From: an uncultured cyanobacterium
GTDB taxonomy: Bacteria > Cyanobacteriota > Cyanobacteriia > Cyanobacteriales > Nostocaceae
DNA: 64,000 bases
Direction of reading: 5' to 3'
Assembly: GCA_963740315.1 (NCBI GenBank)
Contig: CAVUDP010000002.1
Location: 3,232,001 to 3,296,000, forward strand
Every line of letters starts with the position of its first letter. The first letter of the stretch is position 1. The notes under the pieces were generated by a model. The model ran no database searches. It saw only the letters and a list, made by a program, of their open reading frames with translations, and was not told the DNA's origin. The position numbers and the translations under genes were made by a program. Of this stretch, positions 28,886 through 37,906 are shown piece after piece.

Positions 28886-30310
28886 TTAGATTGTTTGTAT
28901 CTTCTTAAGCGCGGGAGTTAAATGTTCTGGAATTCCATCTAGTTGAATCACATTACAACCGAGTTTATAAGCAAATTCTACAGATTCCCCAGCGCCAAGA
29001 GCATTGTAAAAGCCCGTTGCAAATTTAATTGCGGCTTTATCGCCAATCTCTTGATTCATACCAATTACATAAGGAATATGTTTGGCGATCGCGCTTGCTT
29101 GAACTTCTGAATAACAAGCGTTGAGAACAACACATTCGATTGTGTCAGAAAATAACTCGAAGAGTTTAGCTATTGCTTCTGTATTTACTAAGTTCAAATT
29201 TCCGTCTTCATCTTCCAGGGCTAAACCATCATCACCGGAACCGTGTCCGCTAAAATGCACGATTTGGGGTTTAAAGTCTAGTAGTGCTTGGTAAACTTCC
29301 TGGGAACGCACAGCCCAGCGTTGTTTAAAGTCGAATAGTTCTCGTTTTTTGGCTAGTCGTAATCCAGCATCAATTTCTCGTACTTCCTCATCCAATCGTA
29401 ATTGTGAAGTGTTTTTAGGATTGGATGCCAGAATTAGGATTGTTTTGACTGCTGAATTCTCAGTTTCTTGATGATTTTGCTTTTGAGCTTCATTATTATT
29501 GATATTTCCACCGATTTGTTCGGCATTTACCGCATCAGCATTGACTAAACCACCAGCGAATTGAGCGCCTTTTAAATTATTATTAATTTGTTTATAATTT
29601 TCTGACATTACAATATTTCCTTGATTCTGGACTTTTTTATGGAAGTTTTGGGTAATAATAGTTTGTTTTTGATATGAATAATGATTTTGATAACCTATTT
29701 TTTGAGCATTTTTGTCTAGGTAATTTATAATATCACCAAAATGATATGAAATCGTCTCAAAAATAGACACACCAGATGATATTTCTGCTTTATTTATAAT
29801 TTTTTCTATTGTTGCAAAAAGTTCTCTAAAATATTTAGATAAATTGTTTAGATATTCCTCTTTGTTTATTGGTACTATTAATCTTTGCTTTATTTTTTCT
29901 CCAAAAAAAACAAGGCAAGGTATTTGATTAATATCAATTTTTAACTCTCTCGCAATATCGTATGCTTCAGCCTTATCAATTGGGTTAGTAAATCTTAATT
30001 GAATTTTTTCAAAAAAAGATAAGTTTTCTGCTCTCCATTTACTGTCAGGTTTTTCTAAAACAAAAACTTGACACCAATCACCACTCAATCTATGAAATTC
30101 TTGAAAATGTGTTTGAATATACATTTTGAGAATATCATCCGCATCTGTATAAAGTAAAACTCCTCGAACGGTTTCTTTATTAACTGATTCCATCTGAGAA
30201 AAGAAGTGTCTAAAGCTTGACGTAGGAATCATACTATCACCCCGAATCACACCTAATTCCGTACAATTACCCTTGATCTCATTAAGTTGTCTTTCAGGAT
30301 TTTCTGACAT
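28886..30310 (-). CDS. CHAT (caspase-like) domain protein with an uncharacterised, possibly thioredoxin-like N-terminal domain
   Basis: ILILASNP..LRLDEEVREI, HFSGHG (catalytic His), VLNACYS (catalytic Cys), FATGFYNALGAG. Confidence 0.88.
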   Translation of the reverse strand: MSENPERQLNEIKGNCTELGVIRGDSMIPTSSFRHFFSQMESVNKETVRGVLLYTDADDILKMYIQTHFQEFHRLSGDWCQVFVLEKPDSKWRAENLSFFEKIQLRFTNPIDKAEAYDIARELKIDINQIPCLVFFGEKIKQRLIVPINKEEYLNNLSKYFRELFATIEKIINKAEISSGVSIFETISYHFGDIINYLDKNAQKIGYQNHYSYQKQTIITQNFHKKVQNQGNIVMSENYKQINNNLKGAQFAGGLVNADAVNAEQIGGNINNNEAQKQNHQETENSAVKTILILASNPKNTSQLRLDEEVREIDAGLRLAKKRELFDFKQRWAVRSQEVYQALLDFKPQIVHFSGHGSGDDGLALEDEDGNLNLVNTEAIAKLFELFSDTIECVVLNACYSEVQASAIAKHIPYVIGMNQEIGDKAAIKFATGFYNALGAGESVEFAYKLGCNVIQLDGIPEHLTPALKKIQTI

Positions 30311-30622
30311 AAATTTATTCTCTTAATCCTTTTATCTAAAGCTTTATTTTTGTTTTGTTAGCTAGCAATGAAACCTAAAAAATAAAAATATACTTACGAC
30401 CAGAATAGTTTAGTAGCAAAACCTGCCCTAATTAAGTGTTTGCACTGATGATATATACACTTTTTTATGCAGCATTCCGGAGTGAAAAGCATTTAAAAGG
30501 TAATTAAAGAGGATTTAGAGAGCTACTTAAAATAAACTTAAATAAAAAGCCTTACCCTGCCTCCGGTTTCCCTCTCGATAAATCAGGCAATGGTGTACAC
30601 CCCAGTAGTGAAAACCTTTATT

Positions 30623-30742
30623 CCACCTGGGATTGCAAATCCCAGGCTCATAGCCCAAGTCTACTGAAGTAGACTGAAATTCTTACCCAGTCGTCAAAAG
30701 AGCGACTTTTGCTATTAGACAGGGGTTTGCAACCCCCGGCGG
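30623..30742. repeat. Paired multi-hairpin REP-like element
   Basis: CCTGGGATT..AATCCCAGG, AGTCTACT..AGTAGACT, AGTCG..CGACT and GGGG..CCCC hairpins arranged as two inverted halves. Confidence 0.7.
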
Positions 30743-30914
30743 TATTTGTGTGTATGCGGCAGGATGTAATAAATATTAATTCTCTTTGCAAAATTACACT
30801 ACACCAACGGCTTTAATGCTAAGAGCTTTCTATAGGTAATTATCTTTAACACGATTATCATTAAATTCTCATCCAGCCCAACCACCCGCTGAAAATCCCA
30901 GCACCGAGGGGAAT

Positions 30915-33485
30915 ATGAACACTTCCGAAAAACTAATCTGGCTCCAGGAGCGCACTGCTTTAGGAATACTCGATCGCGAACCAATAAGCGCGATCGCACA
31001 AATCATCGAAGAAAAAGTTATTCCAGAAAACGAGCGTTTATTTGAAGAAGAAACTCCACCGGAAGCGCTTTACATTCTTCTGGAAGGCAAACTCGAAAGC
31101 AATAGTAAAGATAAAAATAATCTTACTTTCAATTGTGGTTTACTTCCTGGAGCGGTAATTAATCTACAAGAGTTGGTTTTGGATGAGTTAACAAAATGTT
31201 CTGTTACAACTTTGAGTGAATGCCGTTTCTGGGTAGTACCTGCGACAAAGTTTAAAGAATTAATTGCTGAATATCCTCAAATTCAAACGGCTATTTCTCG
31301 TGGATTAGCTCAAGAAGTTGCACAGCTAACATCGGCACTTACTAACGAACAAGATCGTTCTCTTGCTTTACGCCCGTATTTAGTTACCAAAGCGCAACGG
31401 GGAGTTGTGGGGACAAGTCGTTATGCTGTCAAGTTGCGAGAACAAATTCGCGAAGCTGCTGACACTCGCGATTCTATATTGATATTTGGCGAACCTGGTT
31501 TAGAAAAAGATAATATCGCTGCTTTGATTCATTTTGGTTCTGATTTTCGCCGACAACCAATTATTAAGGTAGATTGCGGTATTTTACAGACTAGCGGTGC
31601 CGATTTATTTGGACGTGTGGGGGGTAAACCGGGGTTAATTGCATGGTTGGGTGAAGGTACTTTAATTCTGAATAATATCCAGGAAACACCACCGGAATTA
31701 TTACCAAAGTTAGCTGAGTTTATCGAAACTGGTACTTATAAACCTACGACTCGCGAAGGACAACCCGAACCCGAACCTTATAATAGTCAAGCTCGCATTC
31801 TAATTATTTCAGAACAAACTCAGCCATCAATTCAGAAAGTTGTTGATAAAACCATCAAAGCTCCACCCGTGCGAGTGCGGAAGGGTGATATCAAAGCGAT
31901 TGTTGAATATTATATTAGTCTTTATGCTCGCCAAGAAGGCATTCGCAAACCGAAAGTAACGCCGGAAGCTTTACGTAGATTGCAGTCTTACGATTTTCCC
32001 GGTAATTTGAAAGAATTGCAAAGCCTGGTGGAACGAGCTATAGTCCAAGCTGATGAAGCCAGGGAGTTAACGGAAGAGATTTTTTGGTCGGCGGATACGA
32101 AGAAAAAACGATTTCGCTTCAATTTATTAAATGGCTATCCAGAATTAAGAAAGTTTCTTCGCAGTTCGTGGTATCCAGACTGGATCAATTATGGTTTTAC
32201 TTTACCAGCATTTGCCGTTCTTATTGGTATTTTATTTTTCGGTCCGCAAACGCGATCGCAAAATTTCGGCTTAAATCTATTTTGGGCTTGGTGGTGGCCC
32301 TTTTTCCTATTTCTCTTCCCATTTTTAGGTCGGATTTGGTGCGCCTTCTGTCCGTTTATGATTTACGGTGAAGTTACGCAGAAATTATCGTTGTGGCTGT
32401 TTCCTCGACAACTTCAAACTTGGCCCCGACACGAAGCTGAAAAATGGGGTGGATGGTTTTTATTCGCCATGTTTGCTCTAATTTTTCTTTGGGAAGAACT
32501 CTGGCATTTAGAAAATACTGCTTATTTGAGCGCTTGTTTGCTACTATTAATTACCGCCGGAGCAATGATTTGCTCTGCGATATTTGAAAGGCGCTTTTGG
32601 TGTCGGTATATGTGTCCTATTGGCGGCATGAATGGCTTATTTGCTAAATTGTCGATGACGGAATTAAGAGCGCAGCAAGGTATTTGTTCTGCAACTTGTA
32701 CAACTTATCAATGTTACAAAGGTGGTCCGCAAAAAGGCGAAGGAATGGAAACAAATGGATGTCCTTTGTATTCTCATCCCGCACAGTTGCAAGATAACCG
32801 AGATTGCGTGCTGTGCATGACTTGTCTCAAAGCCTGTCCCCATCGCTCGGTTGAGTTTAATTTACGTCCTCCCGGTATCGAACTTTGGACAACTCACGTA
32901 CCGCATAGTTATGAAGTCGCGCTGTTATTTTTACTTTTAGGAGGAGTGTATCTTCATCGCTTACCTGAAATCCAAAAAATGATGCAACTACAGTTCGATT
33001 TAACTGATTTTTGGCAGCATTCAGGATTATCAATACTTGCTTTAATTATCCCCGTTACAATTCCCTTCGCTGCTTATGCTTTGATGCAATTATTTTATCG
33101 TTTAAATTGCTATTTAAAAAAGACTGGAAATCAACGCAAAAATATAGTCAAACCCAAACCTTTTGTAGAACTTGCTTATGGTTATTTACCATTAGTATTA
33201 GGTGGTAGTTTAGCCCATTACTTACGTTTAGCTTTGAACGAAGCAGGACGGATATTACCAGTGTCTTTCGCTACATTTGGTTTGAATGGTGCATCTTTAC
33301 CAATATTAGTAGCTCACCCCGCAGTCATCGCTTTTTTGCAGGGTACTACTTTGATTTTTTCAACTTTATTAACGGTATTGTTAACACAGAAAATTGCTCG
33401 TCAACCTTTACGCTGTTTGTTTTGGCAACATTTAGCAGCGATCGCGTTAGCAGCAACCATGTGGATGATAATTATATATCCTTGA
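30915..33485 (+). CDS. cNMP-binding / sigma54-activator-like AAA+ / membrane 4Fe-4S (NosR/NirI-like) protein
   Basis: cNMP-like N-terminus, GEPGLEK, YDFPGNLKEL, WCAFCP, WCRYMCP, CVLCMTCLKACP, many TM helices. Confidence 0.88.
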   Translation: MNTSEKLIWLQERTALGILDREPISAIAQIIEEKVIPENERLFEEETPPEALYILLEGKLESNSKDKNNLTFNCGLLPGAVINLQELVLDELTKCSVTTLSECRFWVVPATKFKELIAEYPQIQTAISRGLAQEVAQLTSALTNEQDRSLALRPYLVTKAQRGVVGTSRYAVKLREQIREAADTRDSILIFGEPGLEKDNIAALIHFGSDFRRQPIIKVDCGILQTSGADLFGRVGGKPGLIAWLGEGTLILNNIQETPPELLPKLAEFIETGTYKPTTREGQPEPEPYNSQARILIISEQTQPSIQKVVDKTIKAPPVRVRKGDIKAIVEYYISLYARQEGIRKPKVTPEALRRLQSYDFPGNLKELQSLVERAIVQADEARELTEEIFWSADTKKKRFRFNLLNGYPELRKFLRSSWYPDWINYGFTLPAFAVLIGILFFGPQTRSQNFGLNLFWAWWWPFFLFLFPFLGRIWCAFCPFMIYGEVTQKLSLWLFPRQLQTWPRHEAEKWGGWFLFAMFALIFLWEELWHLENTAYLSACLLLLITAGAMICSAIFERRFWCRYMCPIGGMNGLFAKLSMTELRAQQGICSATCTTYQCYKGGPQKGEGMETNGCPLYSHPAQLQDNRDCVLCMTCLKACPHRSVEFNLRPPGIELWTTHVPHSYEVALLFLLLGGVYLHRLPEIQKMMQLQFDLTDFWQHSGLSILALIIPVTIPFAAYALMQLFYRLNCYLKKTGNQRKNIVKPKPFVELAYGYLPLVLGGSLAHYLRLALNEAGRILPVSFATFGLNGASLPILVAHPAVIAFLQGTTLIFSTLLTVLLTQKIARQPLRCLFWQHLAAIALAATMWMIIIYP

Positions 33486-34360
33486 ATCAGATTTTATCTT
33501 CCTGCTAGTTGCTAAGCCCGAAGACATAGTTTACATAGTGAACTTAATAGATCATCATTTATTAACACTAAAATAGTCTTATCACCGTGAGGGGTTACAC
33601 CCAACATTACAACCCTCTTTGGAAGCCTTTTCACCTCTGAAGTTGCAGCAGGAGAGATGCTCCTCTTCACGGTTATTTGTTATAATCATTTTATATCTTT
33701 AACATAACTTAATATTTGCTACGTAAAATTCATGTGATTCTATTTATACTAAGGAATATAAATCATAAAATTGCACCTACCAGTGAATATTCTAAGACTT
33801 ATAAAAATTGTTAATAGCTTCTCGAACGTCTTTGAATGAAAGGGTAGCTAATCTGAAGTTTTTATGATTAACTATTTACTTCATACAAATAAAAGGGACT
33901 AATAGGAAGAAGCTAAGTTCTTGGAATGTATTAAGTACATACAGCTTTGATTTCTCGCCAAGTGTTCTATTAAATCAAAGTTTTGATATCGGCTAGTATT
34001 GTTTAGTGAAGTGACTTATTTGTCATTATTTTTGTCATCGGCATTAAAAATTTGAAAGTCATAAAACGAATTTTCAATATCTAATTGCCGCTTAATTTAT
34101 GCTCGATTATCAATTGTTTAAGAATAATTTAACGTTATGGTCGTCAACATATTTAGCGGAAATATAAATGAATTAGGTATGAGTATTACTCTAATATGGG
34201 TTAAAAATTTTACAACCTAATTTGTCTTTAAACGCCTTATTTTGATTGCCAACTCAAAACATATCCTGAAAAGCTTAAGGGAAGCTTGAAAACATTTTAT
34301 ATTCCCACAAACGAAGACTTTAAGGTATGTCTGAATTTGGGCTTGTATTAAAGGCATAAT

Positions 34361-35590
34361 ATGAAAAAACATTTAAACGATCTTGCTATTTGTGGCGGTT
34401 TACCTACCTTTCAAGAAAAGTTGCACGTAAATCGTCCCAATATTGGTTCTAGAGAGATTTTATTCCAACGCATTAACGATGTTTTAGATAGAAAATGGCT
34501 GACAAATAACGGACTTTTAGTACAAGAATTTGAGCAAAAGATAGCTTCCTTAGTAGGAGTAAAACACTGCATTGCTACCTGTAATGCGACTATGGGTTTA
34601 CAAATTGCCATTAAAGCTTGCGAACTTAAAGGTGAAGTCATCATTCCTTCATTTACTTTTGTTGCTACCGCTCATGCTTTGCAATGGCAAGGAATTGAGC
34701 CGATTTTTTGCGATGTTGACTCCGATACTCATAACATAGATCCACAAAAAATAGAGCAGTTAATAACAGATAAAACTACTGGAATAATGGGAGTACATCT
34801 ATGGGGAAGAGGATGTAATGTAGAAGCACTTGAAGAAATTGCTCGGCGCTACAACTTAAAGCTTTTATTTGATGCTGCACACGCTTTGGGATGCTCTTAT
34901 AAAGGGCAGATGATAGGTAGTTTTGGCAACGCAGAAGTATTTAGTTTTCATGCAACAAAATTTTGTAACAGTTTTGAAGGAGGTGCAATTGTTACAAACG
35001 ATTCGGAATTAGCAAACAAAATTCGCAAAATGAAGAATTTTGGATTTAGTGGTTACGATCGCGATGGCGATTACGATCGCGTTGAGTATCTAGGAATTAA
35101 CGGCAAAATGAATGAAGTCTCTGCCGCTATGGGGTTGACATCATTAGAAAGTATAGATGATTTTATTCGTATTAATCGTAAAAATTACAAATATTACCAA
35201 CAAGAATTATCCAATATTCCAGGTGTAAATTTAATAACTTACGACAACTTAGAAAGATGTAATTATCAATACATTATTGTAGAAATTGACGAGTTAGTAA
35301 CTGGAATTACCCGCGACAAAGTTTACAAAATTTTGTGGGCAGAAAACATACTCGCAAAGCGCTACTTTTATCCAGGTTGTCATAACATGGAACCCTATCG
35401 CTCTCGTATTGCCGATATGGGTTTGATGTTAACAAATACCAGACATTTAGCAGCACGAGTGCTAGCACTTCCTACGGGTACCGCAATAGGAAGAAGAGAA
35501 ATTAGCAAAATTTGTCAGATTTTAAAGCTTGCAACTTCAGGGGGAAATTTAATTAATGAAACGCTCTACCAAAATGTCTGTGCCTGTTGA
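34361..35590 (+). CDS. DegT/DnrJ/EryC1/StrS PLP-dependent NDP-sugar aminotransferase
   Basis: PSFTFVAT, DAAHA, FSFHATK (PLP Lys), EGGAI, GINGKM, LALP. Confidence 0.93.
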   Translation: MKKHLNDLAICGGLPTFQEKLHVNRPNIGSREILFQRINDVLDRKWLTNNGLLVQEFEQKIASLVGVKHCIATCNATMGLQIAIKACELKGEVIIPSFTFVATAHALQWQGIEPIFCDVDSDTHNIDPQKIEQLITDKTTGIMGVHLWGRGCNVEALEEIARRYNLKLLFDAAHALGCSYKGQMIGSFGNAEVFSFHATKFCNSFEGGAIVTNDSELANKIRKMKNFGFSGYDRDGDYDRVEYLGINGKMNEVSAAMGLTSLESIDDFIRINRKNYKYYQQELSNIPGVNLITYDNLERCNYQYIIVEIDELVTGITRDKVYKILWAENILAKRYFYPGCHNMEPYRSRIADMGLMLTNTRHLAARVLALPTGTAIGRREISKICQILKLATSGGNLINETLYQNVCAC

Positions 35591-36584
35591 TTCGCAATTC
35601 ACAAACGATCGCTTAAAAGTTAGTGTATCTCTTGTCACTTTTAATCATGAAAAATTTATTGCCCAAGCGATAGAAAGTGTACTGATGCAAGAAGTGGACT
35701 TTAGTTATGAAATTATCATAGGTGAAGATTTTTCTAGCGATCGGACGCGCTCTATTGTTATTGACTACCAAAAACAGTATCCAGATAAAATTCGCTTGAT
35801 ATTACCCGAAGAAAACTTGGGCTGCTACGGGCAAAAGATTTTTGTACAAACACTTCAAGCAAGCTTAGGTAAGTATATTGCGATTCTAGATGGCGATGAT
35901 TATTGGACAACTCCAAACAAGCTACAGCAACAGGTAGATTATTTAGATAACCATCCTGAATGTGCAATCTGTTTTCATGATGTAACGACAATTTTTGAGG
36001 ATAATGCTGGGCTACCTCGGAGATATAACGATTATCAGCCAAGTCAATTTTCTGAACTAGAAAACATTTTAAAAAGTAACTTTATACCAACCTGTTCAAC
36101 TTTGTACAGAAGAGGTTTATTTAGTGAATTTCCAGACTGGTACTACGATACCGTTTGTGGAGATTGGGTACTTCACGTTTTGAATGCAAGACATGGCAAA
36201 ATCGGCTACATCAACAAGTCGATGGGAGTTTATCGGGTGCATCAAAACGGTTTATTTAGCAGCATGAAAAAGATACAGCAGCTAAAAGAGGCAATTAAGT
36301 TTTACGAGCTTTTAAATGAGTATTTGGAATTTGAATACAACCACATAATCAAATCGGAAGAAATTTATCGTTATCTTACTTGTTTATCGATTTATCAACA
36401 AGAAGGAACTTTAGCTCGACAAAAACAAGATATTAACAAGTTAATCCAAACTTTACTTGGTAATCCAGCGATCGGCTGTATAGCAATTTTTAAGTTTATT
36501 AAGAGAAGCATTATTAATAAAGTCAATAAATATAAGTGGCGGATAAAAAAGCGTCAGCAAAAACTGCTCGCTCATGAATATTAA
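35574..36584 (+). CDS. Glycosyltransferase family 2
   Basis: TFNHEKFIAQAIESVL, GEDFSSD, LDGDDYW, GDW, YRVH. Overlaps the upstream gene; start is 35556 or 35574. Confidence 0.92.
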   Translation: MSVPVDSQFTNDRLKVSVSLVTFNHEKFIAQAIESVLMQEVDFSYEIIIGEDFSSDRTRSIVIDYQKQYPDKIRLILPEENLGCYGQKIFVQTLQASLGKYIAILDGDDYWTTPNKLQQQVDYLDNHPECAICFHDVTTIFEDNAGLPRRYNDYQPSQFSELENILKSNFIPTCSTLYRRGLFSEFPDWYYDTVCGDWVLHVLNARHGKIGYINKSMGVYRVHQNGLFSSMKKIQQLKEAIKFYELLNEYLEFEYNHIIKSEEIYRYLTCLSIYQQEGTLARQKQDINKLIQTLLGNPAIGCIAIFKFIKRSIINKVNKYKWRIKKRQQKLLAHEY

Positions 36585-37629
36585 AGTAATTGATTGTCAG
36601 AACCCCTTATGGCTGCAAACATTACGTAAACTGAGGTACGATGTTTACCATTTGCCAGAATATGCACGTTTGGAAGCCAAAAGAACGGCATCGGTAAGCC
36701 AAGCTTTTACGATCGTTGATGGTGAAAAAATATTTTTCTTACCCTTTTTAATCCGTTCGTGCAATGACATACTAGCACAAGCGCAATTTTCAGATGCGAC
36801 ATCACTATATGGTTATCCTGGTGTTTTACTAAGTGAAGCGGCTGCAAATACATCTGGTTTTGTAGATTTTGCGATTAAGGAATTAAATTACTATTTAAAA
36901 GTTAAGGGTATATGTTCGGCATTCTTTCAACTGCATCCTATTTTAAGTCACAAATTCAGTCAAATATCGCCAGAAACGGTGAATAAAATTGGTGAAACAA
37001 TTTCCATCGATTTAAAACTTTCAGAATCACAGATTTGGGCAAATACTAGAAAAGGGCATCAAAGCACGATCAATAAGTGTAAACGACTTGGATTTACTGC
37101 CAGGATGGTAAATTTAGTTGAATACGTCGAACACTTTCAAGCGATTTACGAGGAAACCATGAATCGCGTAGCAGCAAAACAATCTTATTATTTTAGCCAA
37201 GAGTATTTTTTAAATTTACAAAACTTAGACGGCAATATTCATTTGTGCTTAGTAGAATTAGAGTCAGAAATTGCCGCAGCCTGTATATTTTTTGAATGCG
37301 GTGGAATAGTTCAAGCTCACTTAGGCGGAACTAAAAATAAATTTTTACACCAATCTCCATTCAATTATTTATTAGATTACGTTCGATACTGGGCAAAGCA
37401 GCGCGGTAACGAATTAATGCATATAGGAAGCGGTGTAGGAGGAGCAAAAGACAGTTTATATCACTTCAAAGCCGGATTTTCCAAACAAAGACACGATTGG
37501 TTTGCACTGCGATTGATTCCAGATGCCGAAAAATATAATTACCTAACTCATCTGCGAGCAGAATTTTTGAATACTAAAGTTGAGAAATTGTTTGAGTCAA
37601 GCTTCTTCCCCGCTTATCGCGCTGGTTAG
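36574..37629 (+). CDS. GNAT/FemAB-like acyl- or aminoacyl-transferase
   Basis: YGYPG, LHP, IYEETM, YYFS, HLGG, HIGSG, SLYHFKAGF. Overlaps the GT2 gene by 11 bp. Confidence 0.85.
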   Translation: MNIKVIDCQNPLWLQTLRKLRYDVYHLPEYARLEAKRTASVSQAFTIVDGEKIFFLPFLIRSCNDILAQAQFSDATSLYGYPGVLLSEAAANTSGFVDFAIKELNYYLKVKGICSAFFQLHPILSHKFSQISPETVNKIGETISIDLKLSESQIWANTRKGHQSTINKCKRLGFTARMVNLVEYVEHFQAIYEETMNRVAAKQSYYFSQEYFLNLQNLDGNIHLCLVELESEIAAACIFFECGGIVQAHLGGTKNKFLHQSPFNYLLDYVRYWAKQRGNELMHIGSGVGGAKDSLYHFKAGFSKQRHDWFALRLIPDAEKYNYLTHLRAEFLNTKVEKLFESSFFPAYRAG

Positions 37630-37906
37630 AGATGGGGGAGAGGGGGTTCGGGGGAGATGGGGAGAGGGGGAGTACTTCGACAAGCTCAGTAACCTTTGGG
37701 GAGATGGGGAGACAAGGGGACAAGGGGGAGAAATAATATTTATAACTTATAACTCAATACTCAATACTCAATACTCAATACCTTTAACCTTTAACCTTTT
37801 TTTAATATCGTTCGTTCGGCTACAGTTCTTATGGGTGTAGGCGATCAAGAATGTGGATAAATGCTATGAAGACGGCAGCTTTTCGTACTAATTATGCTGC
37901 TTTTAT

